DNA from: Actinomycetes bacterium
GTDB taxonomy: Bacteria; Actinomycetota; Thermoleophilia; BMS3ABIN01
NCBI GenBank assembly: GCA_021790115.1
Contig: JAJYIM010000003.1
Location: 16,602 to 80,601 of the forward strand
Length of the DNA: 64,000 bases
Direction of reading: 5' to 3'
Shown here piece after piece: positions 37,012-46,127 of the stretch; position 1 is the stretch's first letter, and the number at the start of each line of letters is the position of its first letter. The notes beneath the pieces were generated by a model that saw nothing but the letters and a program-made list of their open reading frames with translations, ran no database searches and was not told where the DNA came from. Made by a program: the position numbers and the translations under genes.

Positions 37012-38082
37012 TTAGTCATAGATTTCCGCCGTCACGTAACCGATGCCATCCAGCCCCAACGACTGGGCGGCGGCGTAAGAGAGGTCAAGGATGCGGCCGC
37101 CGACGTACGGTCCGCGGTCGTTTATCCTGACAAAAACTGAGCGGCCGTTGAAGCTGACCTTCAGCCAGGTTCCAAAAGGCAGGGTCTTGCTGGCCGCCGT
37201 GTATGCGTACATGTTGTAAGTCTCGCCGCTGGCGGTGCTCTGACCGTTAAAGCCGGGCCCATACCAGCTGGCCACTCCGGCCAGGGTTATGCCCGAGGGC
37301 TTTAGACCGGATGGCGGGCTATCGCCAACATCAATTGTTGCCGGGCCTGTTCCCGTTGCTGGCCCGGCAGTAGGGGCGACCCGCCGGGTCGCTCCTTCTT
37401 CTCGCGCCTGTGCCTGGGCCAGTGCGGCAGTGGCGGCGTTGATATTGTACAGATCGGCATCTATTTTGGCCTGCAGTTGCTCTTTTTGCGCCTCCAGTCC
37501 GGCAAGGTTTGCGGCGCTGTCCTGTTTAAGCGCATCGACCTGTTTTTGAAGCGCCCGCACCTCTTCAGCCTGCGACTTAACCCTGTCAACAAGCTTTTGG
37601 TCATTTTCAGAAATGGTCGCCAGGTAAGAAAAACGGGAAAGGGCATCCGCGAAGCTTTCACTTGACAAAATCACTGAATAGGCGTCATCATTGCCGAGCT
37701 TGTAGATGGCCGACAGCCTGCCATTAAACATATTTAATGAGTTGTAATAAGCGTTCTCAGCTTCGTCAAGGCGGTCATTGGCATCCGCCAGCTGAAGCCG
37801 GCGCTGACCCAGGTATTGCTCGGCGTCGGCGATATTCAGGTCCAGCACCGCCATCTGCGAGCGGTCCTGCGCCAGCGCCACTTGCTGATATTCAATCCTG
37901 GCGGCAATATCGGCTGAACTTGCCTGGGAAGAACCGGTTCCAACCGAATTGTCCGGAAGCTGCTGAGCCAGTGACAAAGAGGCAACCGTGAATGTAAACG
38001 CAGCTGCAATTATTGCGGCGAGCAGCACCTTGCTTAATTTTCCTGTGCAGATGTTTTTCAAATTATGAGGACCGTTAACCAC
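37012..38082 (-). CDS. secreted coiled-coil protein with C-terminal RlpA-like double-psi beta-barrel (DPBB) domain
   Basis: N-terminal TM/signal (LLAAIIAAAFTFTV), long coiled coil (res ~60-230). C-terminal GITLAGVASWYGPGFNGQSTASGETYNMYAYTAASKTLPFGTWLKVSFNGRSVFVRINDRGP...GRILDLSYAAAQSLG matches RlpA/DPBB_1. Confidence 0.75.
   Translation of the reverse strand: MVNGPHNLKNICTGKLSKVLLAAIIAAAFTFTVASLSLAQQLPDNSVGTGSSQASSADIAARIEYQQVALAQDRSQMAVLDLNIADAEQYLGQRRLQLADANDRLDEAENAYYNSLNMFNGRLSAIYKLGNDDAYSVILSSESFADALSRFSYLATISENDQKLVDRVKSQAEEVRALQKQVDALKQDSAANLAGLEAQKEQLQAKIDADLYNINAATAALAQAQAREEGATRRVAPTAGPATGTGPATIDVGDSPPSGLKPSGITLAGVASWYGPGFNGQSTASGETYNMYAYTAASKTLPFGTWLKVSFNGRSVFVRINDRGPYVGGRILDLSYAAAQSLGLDGIGYVTAEIYD
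37368..37395. repeat. second (inverted) copy of the GGGGCGACCCGSCGGGTCGC palindrome, inside the RlpA-like CDS
   Basis: GTAGGGGCGACCCGCCGGGTCGCTCC is the reverse complement of the 36933-36960 copy with 2 mismatches. The two copies bracket the DPBB-coding 3' end of the gene. Confidence 0.5.
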
Positions 38083-38323
38083 GCTCGTACTATCGTCTTC
38101 AAAGTAAAAGAGTTTAACAGTTAATAAAGGCGGAGCAACAGGGCCAGTTTGTTATTAGCTTAGTTCTGTTCACCATGTTTACATAAGATATATTATCGTG
38201 CATGGCTGGGGGCGCTGCTTTTATATGGGCACCGCCATCCTAGCTTATCAGCTATTGCGGACATCTCCATGCGGTTAGATTCTCCCGTTGCTATACTAAC
38301 GGGAATAATCTAATTCTGGAAAA

Positions 38324-39745
38324 ATGCTGGACAAAATACAGAACTCCATACCAGGTATAAGCACCAAAGTGGCTTTGTCACGCGGCATAGTTGCTCTCAG
38401 CGGCCGGATTGGCCATGGCGGCACAACGCTTCCCGGGCGCGTCGTCCGCGTTCTGGACGGCGATATTGCCCCGCGCCTGGGACGCAAGCTGGATCAGGGA
38501 TGCGTACTCGTTTCAGCAACCAATGGTAAAACTACAACCAGCGCCATGATTGCCGCGATTTTAAAAGAAAGCGGTCTGGTTGTAGCTAGGAACCGGGAGG
38601 GAGCCAATCTGGCGGCAGGGGTGGCCACAGCACTGCTGAAGAACGCCTCTTTGGCGGGCAGGCCCACTGCCGATATCGGCCTATTTGAAGTTGACGAGGC
38701 CGTATTTCCCGCGATAGCCGGGCAGCTTGATCCCCGGGCAGTGTTGCTTATGAACCTGTTCAGGGACCAGCTCGACCGCTATGGAGAGCTTGAGCATATT
38801 GCAGACATGTGGCGGGATGCAGTAAAGAAACTGGATCAGCGCCGGACAATCGCGATCGTCAACGCTGATGATCCCCTGGTGGCGGAAATGTCGAAGCTGA
38901 AGCGGGACGCCTTCCTTTGTTTCGGTATTGAGGACTCAACCGCCGGCGGCCTTGTCATGCAGCATGCATCCGACTCAAAGTACTGCACTGTTTGCGGAAC
39001 GCCGTTCAAATATGAAGTCCTTTTCATGGGGCATCTGGGCAAATACCACTGTCCAAATTGCGGCAACCGGCGCCCCTCCCCAACCATTTTTGCCGAAAAC
39101 GTGCATTTGGACGGCATGCGCGGCTCCTCTTTTGACCTGGTTACGCCAGATTGGCGCCAGGCTGTCGCTGTTGCCCTGCCCGGCCTTTACAACGTCTATA
39201 ACGCTCTGGGCGCAGCTGCCTGCTGTTTTGGCCTGAAGGTGGCTCCAGACCAAATCAAAAACGGCCTGAAGTCTTTTGGCGCTGCCTTTGGCAGAGTTGA
39301 GCGGCTGATAATTGGCGAAAAGAAAGTCTGCCTGCTTCTTGTAAAAAATCCCGCCGGTTTTAACGAGGTCGTGCGCACCCTCCTGATCGAGCCGGGCCAA
39401 AAAAACCTGCTGCTGGCATTAAATGACAAGATTGCCGACGGACGCGACATCTCATGGATCTGGGACGTTGACCTGGAGGCGCTGGCCGGCGAGGTGCTGA
39501 GTGCCACCTGCAGCGGCACCAGGGCCGCCGAAATGGCGATGCGGCTAAAATACGCCGGCCTGAACGCAAAAACGCTTAAGGTCAGGCCAGATCTTAAAAC
39601 GGCCCTCAGGGTGGCCCTGGCCCATACAAAGGATGATGAAACACTCTACGTGCTGCCTACCTATACAGCCATGCTGGCCCTCAGGCAGACCATCCACAAG
39701 CATTTTCAGACCGAAAATGAAATGGCAGACCTGGTATGGAAGTAA
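38324..39745 (+). CDS. murT: Mur-ligase-family lipid II isoglutaminyl synthase subunit MurT
   Basis: Mur ligase ATP-binding VSATNGKTTTSAMIA. MurT-specific Cys4 ribbon YCTVCGTPF...YHCPNCG. C-terminal DUF1727-like region. 473 aa. Confidence 0.8.
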   Translation: MLDKIQNSIPGISTKVALSRGIVALSGRIGHGGTTLPGRVVRVLDGDIAPRLGRKLDQGCVLVSATNGKTTTSAMIAAILKESGLVVARNREGANLAAGVATALLKNASLAGRPTADIGLFEVDEAVFPAIAGQLDPRAVLLMNLFRDQLDRYGELEHIADMWRDAVKKLDQRRTIAIVNADDPLVAEMSKLKRDAFLCFGIEDSTAGGLVMQHASDSKYCTVCGTPFKYEVLFMGHLGKYHCPNCGNRRPSPTIFAENVHLDGMRGSSFDLVTPDWRQAVAVALPGLYNVYNALGAAACCFGLKVAPDQIKNGLKSFGAAFGRVERLIIGEKKVCLLLVKNPAGFNEVVRTLLIEPGQKNLLLALNDKIADGRDISWIWDVDLEALAGEVLSATCSGTRAAEMAMRLKYAGLNAKTLKVRPDLKTALRVALAHTKDDETLYVLPTYTAMLALRQTIHKHFQTENEMADLVWK

Positions 39746-39805
39746 ACCGGATGCTGGATGGTGGATGGTGGACAAACCCGAAACCTTAAACCCGAAACCG
39801 AAGTA
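39745..39805 (-). repeat. heptamer-tandem intergenic element copy D (reverse orientation) between murT and gatD
   Basis: Reverse complement reads CGGTTTCGGGTTTAAGGTTTCGGGTTTGTCCACC ATCCACC ATCCAGC ATCCGGTTTAC. Confidence 0.7.
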
Positions 39806-39836
39806 GCGGATCGCCGGTAAAACCAACAATAAGAGG

Positions 39837-40574
39837 ATGCAAATGGAACTAAGGATTGCCCATCTTTACCCGGAACTGATGAATATTTATGCCGATCGCG
39901 GCAACATCATTACGCTGGTCAGCCGTTGCCGCTGGCGCGGCGTCGACGTGCGCGTCGATAATTTTGGCCCCGGAGAGACACCCGCCTGGCGTGAGTATGA
40001 CTTCTTCTACCTTGGCGGCGGCCAGGACCGCGAGCAGCGCCTGGTGGCGCGCGACCTTGCCTCCAAGGGCGCCGGATTGGCCGATGCCGTTGAGCGCGGC
40101 GCAGCTCTGCTTGCAATTTGCGGCGGTTTCCAACTGCTGGGCCAATACTACCGCACGTCAGCCGGCGAGACCATGGAAGGCGTGGAACTGTTTAAAGCTT
40201 ACACCGTTGCGGGACGAAGGCGGCTGATCGGCAACGTGGTGGTGGAGTCCCGCATGGACGGCAATATCTTTGAGCTGGCCGGGTTCGAGAACCACTCCGG
40301 GAAAACCTATCTGACTGAGGAAGGCCAGCCGCTGGGCCGGGTTGTTGCCGGCTTCGGCAACAATGCCGAAGACAAAACCGAGGGAATAATATACCGGAGC
40401 GCCATCGGCACCTATTTGCACGGGCCCCTGCTTCCCAAGAACCCGGAGCTGGCCGATTTCCTCCTGCAGCGCTCGCTCCGGCGCCGCTACGGGGCCGAAG
40501 CTGTTCTTGCGTCTTTGGAAGACGGCCTGGAGCGCGAGGCTCACTCAGTGGCGATCAAACGGGCCGGGCGCTAA
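39837..40574 (+). CDS. gatD: glutamine amidotransferase GatD (CobB/CobQ-like GATase partner of MurT)
   Basis: ...YADRGNIITLVSRCRWRG...LLAICGGFQLLGQYY... (catalytic Cys in ICGGFQ). Adjacent to murT. 245 aa. Confidence 0.8.
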   Translation: MQMELRIAHLYPELMNIYADRGNIITLVSRCRWRGVDVRVDNFGPGETPAWREYDFFYLGGGQDREQRLVARDLASKGAGLADAVERGAALLAICGGFQLLGQYYRTSAGETMEGVELFKAYTVAGRRRLIGNVVVESRMDGNIFELAGFENHSGKTYLTEEGQPLGRVVAGFGNNAEDKTEGIIYRSAIGTYLHGPLLPKNPELADFLLQRSLRRRYGAEAVLASLEDGLEREAHSVAIKRAGR

Positions 40575-40585
40575 AGCGCGGCCTT

Positions 40586-40625
40586 TCCTTGCCCATGATC
40601 TTTTCGCTCGGCCTCGCTGCGAACA
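40586..40625. repeat. 37-nt GC-rich repeat unit (CCTTGCCCATGRTCTTTTCGCTCGGCCTCGCNNCGAA), copy 1, between convergent gatD and proS
   Basis: Near-identical to 53046-53082 (35/37 identical). Confidence 0.6.
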
Positions 40626-40631
40626 GCGATT

Positions 40632-42359
40632 CTAAGAACTCTCTTCCGAAGCGGACTCACATTCCGCCTCGCCCTCAAGGGTTTTGAGCAGGCCGATGAT
40701 TTCCCGGGCCGCCACACCGGCCTCAAATTTGTACTCTTCCCCCCCGCGCCGGAGCTGCACTTCGACAGCGCCGCCGGCAATGGCCCGCTTGCCAACCGTG
40801 ACCCGCACCGGGCATCCCAGCAGCTCGGCCTCGGCGAACTTGACGCCGGGCGAGACGGCGCGGTCATCAAGAAGCACCTCAATTCCTGACGACATCAGCT
40901 CCGAGTATAGCTTCTGCGCCATCGCAGCCTGCCGGCTGTCGGCAGGCTGCACCAGCACAAGATGAGCAGCAAACGGGGCAATTGCGGGCGGCCAGACAAT
41001 CCCCATTTCATCCGCCAGCTGCTCGATGGCGGCGGCGGCCACACGGGCCGGGCCGATGCCGTAACTACCCATGATTACGGGCTTCTCTTTGCCCCGTTCG
41101 TCCAGGTAGCTGGCCCCGAGGGGCTGACTGTATTTAACGCCCAGCTTGAAAATGTTTCCAATCTCGATACAGCGCTCCAGTTTGAGGGAGGCGTTGCAAT
41201 GCGGGCACTTTTCTCCCTGGCGCACGCGCCTGATATCAGCAAACTCGGCCTGAAAGTCCTGTCCGGGCACCACGCCCCCAACGTGGAAGCCGTTCCGGTT
41301 TGCGCCAACGATATAGACGCCCTCCTCCAAGCCTTTGTCGGCAACCTTGCGGATAGCCAGTTTGAGCGGCCCGGTAAATCCGGTCCCGGCGCCCGTGATC
41401 TCTTTAATCTCTGCCGGCTCTGCCAGGCGGTAGCCTCCGATCAGGCGCGCCAGCTTCGATTCCATCAGCTCCTGATCGCCCCGGACCATCGCCAGCACCG
41501 GGCCTGCGTCCGTTATGAGCAGCAATGATTTAATAAGAAGATCAGGCGTAACATTGAGGAATGCAGAGACTTGTTCGATCGTGCGCGCGTTTGGCGTTTC
41601 AATTTCTTTCATCCCCGCCGCCGGAAACTGCGGCTGGGCCGGCTGGGAGCGGGCCAGCTCCATATTGGCTGCGTAGCCGCAGGCCGGGCAAAGCGCCACT
41701 TCATCCTCACCAGCGCTGCTGGGCGCCATGAACTCATGCGCGGTGGCTCCTCCCATCATGCCTGGATCGCTTTCAACCATGTAAAACCTGACGCCCGCGC
41801 GCCCAAAGATGCGCTTGTATGCCTGGATGTGGAGCTGGTAGCTTTTCTCCAGAGCTTCCTCATCGGCGTCAAAGCTGTAGGAGTCTTTCATAATGAACTC
41901 GCGCGTTCTAAGAACGCCGCTCTTGGGCCGGGCTTCATCGCGCAGCTTTGTCTGAATCTGATACCAGACCTGCGGCAGGTCGCGGTAGGAACGGATCTCG
42001 CGGGCGGCCAGCCAGGTGACGATCTCCTCATGGGTCATCCCCAGGACCATGTCGCGTCCCCCCCGGTCCCTGAGCCGGAACATCTCCTCGCCGATCTCAC
42101 TGTAGCGCCCGCTCTCCTGCCAGATCTCCGCCGGCTGCAGCACCGGCATCGACAACTCCTGAGCGCCAATGGCGCTCATCTCCTCACGAATAATTTTGTT
42201 AACCTTGTTAATTACACGCAGTCCCAGAGGCAGATATATGTAAAGACCGGCTGCCAGTTGGCGCACCAGGCCGGCGCGGATCATCAGCTTATGGCTGGCA
42301 GCCTCCGCCTCAGCGGGATTTTCTTTCTGTGTGGGGAAAAACAATTTTGACGCACGCAT
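40632..42359 (-). CDS. proS: proline--tRNA ligase (bacterial type with editing INS domain)
   Basis: 575 aa. MRASKLFFPTQKENPAEAEAASHKLMIRAG..., class II motifs and anticodon-binding C-terminus. Confidence 0.9.
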   Translation of the reverse strand: MRASKLFFPTQKENPAEAEAASHKLMIRAGLVRQLAAGLYIYLPLGLRVINKVNKIIREEMSAIGAQELSMPVLQPAEIWQESGRYSEIGEEMFRLRDRGGRDMVLGMTHEEIVTWLAAREIRSYRDLPQVWYQIQTKLRDEARPKSGVLRTREFIMKDSYSFDADEEALEKSYQLHIQAYKRIFGRAGVRFYMVESDPGMMGGATAHEFMAPSSAGEDEVALCPACGYAANMELARSQPAQPQFPAAGMKEIETPNARTIEQVSAFLNVTPDLLIKSLLLITDAGPVLAMVRGDQELMESKLARLIGGYRLAEPAEIKEITGAGTGFTGPLKLAIRKVADKGLEEGVYIVGANRNGFHVGGVVPGQDFQAEFADIRRVRQGEKCPHCNASLKLERCIEIGNIFKLGVKYSQPLGASYLDERGKEKPVIMGSYGIGPARVAAAAIEQLADEMGIVWPPAIAPFAAHLVLVQPADSRQAAMAQKLYSELMSSGIEVLLDDRAVSPGVKFAEAELLGCPVRVTVGKRAIAGGAVEVQLRRGGEEYKFEAGVAAREIIGLLKTLEGEAECESASEESS

Positions 42360-42562
42360 CAGCCTGGAACCTCTTCATTTTTTTGAATTGTAGGAATCAT
42401 ACAACAATTTTACTTCTGCGAGCGCCATACCGCGGTTCCCCGGAAGACGGCCAAGGCGGTGTTTCAAGGAACAGCGAAAATTTGCTAGAATAAGAAATTG
42501 TAGCGTAATGGAGCTCGATTTTACCGTGACGCAATCGGTTCCTAGCGCTATCTTTCGCATGA

Positions 42563-42588
42563 GCCGGGGCGCGCCGCGCCCCGGCCTT
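42563..42588 (-). terminator. GC-rich palindromic hairpin immediately downstream of the ispG stop
   Basis: GCCGGGGCGCG(C)CGCGCCCCGGC, ~10 nt after the ispG stop codon. No strong U-tract. Confidence 0.35.
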
Positions 42589-42594
42589 ATGCTG

Positions 42595-43665
42595 TTAAGG
42601 TCGGGAGGCACGCTGACTTTGCCGCGCTTTTTCGATCTCCTCAAAGAGAGCCTCCACCAGCAGGGCGGCGGGCGCTTTTTTCACCGGCTTCCCGTGTGCG
42701 AAAATGAGGCCCTCTCCCCTGCCGCAGGCGATGCCGAAATCGGCATGGCGGGCCTCGCCGGGTCCATTGACAACGCAGCCCATCACTGCTACTTCAAAAC
42801 TGGAGCCGTACTCTTGCAGCCGTTGTTCAACCTGAAGTGCAATTGCTTCCACGTCAACCTCGCTTCTGCCACATGTAGGACATGCTATTAAATTGGGACC
42901 GCGCTGGCGCAGCCCCAGGCTCTTCAGGATTTCATAAGCGGCCCGGACTTCTTCAACGGGGTCACCCGTCAGCGACACCCTGATCGTGTCCCCCACTCCT
43001 TGAGCCAGGAGCGCCCCGATACCGACGGCGCTTTTGACAACGCCGGCCCTGATGGTGCCCGCCTCCGTTATCCCGAGATGGATCGGGTAGCTGATGCCGG
43101 CCGCCAGAGCCAGGTTGGTGTCAATAGTCTCGCGCACGGATGATGACTTAGCCGACACCTTGAATTCTGTAAATCCGAGATCCTCAAACATATGCACGTA
43201 TTCAAGCGCAGTGTTAACCAGCGCCTGAGACCGGTCCCTTTCCGCCAGCTGGCACATTTCTTTTGGCAGGGAGCCAGAGTTGACGCCGATGCGAATGGGC
43301 GCCGCAGCTTCCTGGGCGGCTTTGATTACTTCCGCCACCTTCGCGCGGCTGCCGATGTTGCCGGGATTAATGCGCACCCCGGCCGCGCCCGCAGCCAGGG
43401 CGCCAACCGCCAGCCGCGCATGAAAGTGAACGTCCGCCACAACCGGCAGTGGCGACTCGGCGATGATTCCCCCCAGTTGGCTCAGGGCGGCTTCATCAGG
43501 CAAGGCCACGCGCACGATCTCGCAGCCGTAAGCCGCCAGGCTGCGGATCTGGCCCAGGGTGGCTTCGGCGTCGCGGCTGTCGGTATTGGTCATTGACTGC
43601 ACCGACACCGGCGCACCACCGCCAACGGCAACATTGCCTACATGGATTTGGATTTTGCTGGCCAT
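42595..43665 (-). CDS. ispG: 4-hydroxy-3-methylbut-2-en-1-yl diphosphate synthase (GcpE)
   Basis: VGNVAVGGGAPVSVQSMTNTDSRDAEATLGQI..., C-terminal 4Fe-4S Cys ligands (CPTCGR...C). 356 aa. Confidence 0.9.
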   Translation of the reverse strand: MASKIQIHVGNVAVGGGAPVSVQSMTNTDSRDAEATLGQIRSLAAYGCEIVRVALPDEAALSQLGGIIAESPLPVVADVHFHARLAVGALAAGAAGVRINPGNIGSRAKVAEVIKAAQEAAAPIRIGVNSGSLPKEMCQLAERDRSQALVNTALEYVHMFEDLGFTEFKVSAKSSSVRETIDTNLALAAGISYPIHLGITEAGTIRAGVVKSAVGIGALLAQGVGDTIRVSLTGDPVEEVRAAYEILKSLGLRQRGPNLIACPTCGRSEVDVEAIALQVEQRLQEYGSSFEVAVMGCVVNGPGEARHADFGIACGRGEGLIFAHGKPVKKAPAALLVEALFEEIEKARQSQRASRP

Positions 43666-43830
43666 AATGAGACTAGTTCCGAGTTCCGAAAGATTATAAC
43701 GATTGTTTTCTATTTATCAAGTGAATTTCTGGTTTTAGGTTTTTATCCAGCGTCCATGATCCAGGATCCACCATCCGGGTTTTTGTGTTTATCCACCATC
43801 CACCATCCAATGTCCGGTTTACGGATTTAG
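43666..43830 (+). repeat. heptamer-tandem intergenic element copy E (tandemly duplicated core) between rseP and ispG
   Basis: AGTTCCGAGTTCCGAAAG...GGTTTTAGGTTTTTATCCAGC GTCCATG ATCCAGG ATCCACC ATCCGGGTTTTTGTGTTTATCCACC ATCCACC ATCCAAT GTCCGGTTTACGG. Two heptamer arrays in tandem. Confidence 0.75.
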
Positions 43831-44883
43831 GCCGAACCCCGGCCCCATCAGCTTCTGGATATCATTCATTAACCCCATGATAAACAGGAGCGCGAACAAG
43901 GCCAGGCCCACAATGGAAACCCTTTCAAAAGTCTCCCTCCGGATTGGCGAGCCCTTCACTTTCTCAATCAAGTTAAAAAGCACGTGCCCTCCATCGAGCG
44001 GCAGCAGCGGCAGCAGGTTGAAGATGGCCAACTGCAGGCTGATAAGGCCAAGGACGCGAATGTAGATTCCCCAGCCCAGGCTGATCGTTTCTGAGGAGAT
44101 GGCAACAATGCCGATCGGCGAGGAAAGCTGCGAGCGGCTTTGCGCGCTGACAAAAAGGTTTTTTATTGCTACAAAAACCTCCTTCGTGATAAAACCAAGG
44201 TCGGAAACCGCATCCTTGCCCGCCTGAAAGATTGGCATTGGCAATGTGCCCACCAGGTCCTGACCAAAACCAATTCCCAATTGCCCCTGGCTGGAATTGT
44301 CCGGATCGCGGCCGACCGTGGCGCTAATTACCATTTGCCGGCCGCCCCGTTCCACCGCCACAGTTACTTTTTGATCTGGGTGCCTCTGGAGGAATGAGCG
44401 CATCGCCTCCGGATCATTGGAGCGGACCCCATTTATCGCCAACACCTTGTCACCAGACTGGATGCCGGCGGCCTGCGCCCCGGAACCGGAGACCACCTGC
44501 GCCACTGTCGTGTTCGGGCGAAAGTCCGGCACTCCCTGATAATAAAAAACAAAAAAAAGCAGCCCCGCGATGAGCACGTTCATCAGCGGCCCGGCGGCAA
44601 TTGTCAGCACTCTTTGCCAGACCGGCTGGGAGAAGTAAGCGCGCCCCTCCTCACCCGCCGGAACCTCTTCCTCCCGGGTCATCCCCATGATTTTTACGTA
44701 TCCTCCCAAGGGGATGAAGCCAACGCCGTATTCTGTCTCTCCGATTTTCTTTTTAACAAGAGCCGGCGGAAAGCCAATGTAGAACTTTTCGGCCTTCATG
44801 CCAAATGACTTGGCTGCGAGGAAATGGCCGGACTCATGAAACAAAATCAGCAGGCCAATGCCGATGATTGAGATAAAAACAAG
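43819..44883 (-). CDS. rseP: RIP metalloprotease RseP (site-2 protease, M50 family, PDZ domain)
   Basis: HESGHF zinc motif in TM1, PDZ segment (...GIQSGDKVLAINGV...), second LDGG motif region. Start placed at the internal ATG giving MLVFISIIG...; the ORF opens at 45000 and would overlap dxr. Confidence 0.8.
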   Translation of the reverse strand, partial: LVFISIIGIGLLILFHESGHFLAAKSFGMKAEKFYIGFPPALVKKKIGETEYGVGFIPLGGYVKIMGMTREEEVPAGEEGRAYFSQPVWQRVLTIAAGPLMNVLIAGLLFFVFYYQGVPDFRPNTTVAQVVSGSGAQAAGIQSGDKVLAINGVRSNDPEAMRSFLQRHPDQKVTVAVERGGRQMVISATVGRDPDNSSQGQLGIGFGQDLVGTLPMPIFQAGKDAVSDLGFITKEVFVAIKNLFVSAQSRSQLSSPIGIVAISSETISLGWGIYIRVLGLISLQLAIFNLLPLLPLDGGHVLFNLIEKVKGSPIRRETFERVSIVGLALFALLFIMGLMNDIQKLMGPGFGLNP

Positions 44884-44896
44884 CATGACCGCCAGC

Positions 44897-46042
44897 CTAA
44901 CCGATAAGGGCCTCAGCCTGGCGGCGGGCCTCAGCGTCAATCGCCTCAATTTCCTCGAAACTGGCAAGGCGGGTGGGCAAGCCGCCGTCCATGGCGGCAA
45001 GGGCGCCTTCTACCACGGCGGCAATGCCCGGGAATCCGACACGGCCGGTGAGGAAGGAAGCCACAGCTATTTCATTGGCGGCGTTAAGCGCTATGGGAGC
45101 GCCGCCGCCGCGCCTGCCGGCTTCGACAGCCAGTTGCAGGCAGGGAAACGCTTCCAGATCGGGCTTGAAAAAAGTCAGCTCTTTTTGCTTTATCAGATCC
45201 AGCTTTGGCATCTTTACCGGCCGGCGCCGGGGATAACCAAGGGCGTAGGCAATCGGCAGCTTCATCGACGGCAGTCCCAGTTGCGCCAGAACCGAACTGT
45301 CGGCAAACCTGACCAGCGAATGAATCACCGACTGCGGGTGAACGATTACCTCGATGTCATCGTAGCCGACGCCAAACAGATAATGAGCCTCGATTACCTC
45401 CAGGCCCTTGTTCATCAGCGTAGCTGAATCAATCGTGATCTTGTTGCCCATTTGCCAGCGGGGGTGCAAGAGCGCCTGATCGCGCGTGACTGACTCCAGC
45501 TGTTCGCGGCTGAGGCCAAAGAAAGGACCCCCCGACGCGGTCAGCATGATGCGCTCGGGCAGGGGCTGCCCCTCCAAACACTGGAAGATGGCGCTGTGTT
45601 CGCTGTCAACAGGCAGTATGCGGGCGCTGCGCTTGCGGGCCATCTCCATCACAAGTGCGCCGCCGATAACCAGGCTCTCCTTGTTGGCCAGCGCCAAATC
45701 CAGGCCGTGCTCCAGGGCTGCGATCGTCGCTTCCAGGCCGGCCGCGCCAACCACCGCGTTTAACACCAGATCGGCCTCGGTCTCGTCCACCAGACCATGA
45801 ATACAGCCGGGGCCGGCGCAGACAGTCACGCCGGGCAGGGCTTCGGCAACTTTGCCGCCGGTGTTTTCATCCATGATGGCGACGCTTTTTACCGAGAACT
45901 GCCGCGCCTGCTCAATCAGCAGTAGGAAGTTGGCGCCGGCGGCCAGGCCGGCAACTTCCAGCTCCGGGTCCTCGGCAATGACCTCAAGCGCCTGGGTGCC
46001 GATCGATCCTGTTGATCCGAGTATAAGTATGCGTTTTGGCAC
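44897..46042 (-). CDS. dxr: 1-deoxy-D-xylulose 5-phosphate reductoisomerase
   Basis: RILILGSTGSIGTQALEVI NADPH motif, full-length Dxr. GTG start. 381 aa. Confidence 0.9.
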   Translation of the reverse strand: MPKRILILGSTGSIGTQALEVIAEDPELEVAGLAAGANFLLLIEQARQFSVKSVAIMDENTGGKVAEALPGVTVCAGPGCIHGLVDETEADLVLNAVVGAAGLEATIAALEHGLDLALANKESLVIGGALVMEMARKRSARILPVDSEHSAIFQCLEGQPLPERIMLTASGGPFFGLSREQLESVTRDQALLHPRWQMGNKITIDSATLMNKGLEVIEAHYLFGVGYDDIEVIVHPQSVIHSLVRFADSSVLAQLGLPSMKLPIAYALGYPRRRPVKMPKLDLIKQKELTFFKPDLEAFPCLQLAVEAGRRGGGAPIALNAANEIAVASFLTGRVGFPGIAAVVEGALAAMDGGLPTRLASFEEIEAIDAEARRQAEALIG

Positions 46043-46047
46043 AATCT

Positions 46048-46127
46048 CTGCCCGAGTTTAAAGTTCCAAGTTTAGGGTTGGTTAAATCCATCATCCAGGA
46101 TCCAGGATCCACCATCCGGTTTCACGT
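46048..46127 (+). repeat. heptamer-tandem intergenic element copy F between cdsA and dxr
   Basis: GAGTTTAAAGTTCCAAGTTTAGGGTTGGTTAA ATCCATC ATCCAGG ATCCAGG ATCCACC ATCCGGTTTCACG. Confidence 0.75.

Noticed and set aside
38083-38323. Confident call of a ydaO (c-di-AMP) riboswitch upstream of the RlpA-like gene
   Set aside because: Context is suggestive, but the conserved ydaO pseudoknot and ACGGGGA/CCCG elements could not be identified by eye. It is kept only as a low-interest finding to test with a covariance model.
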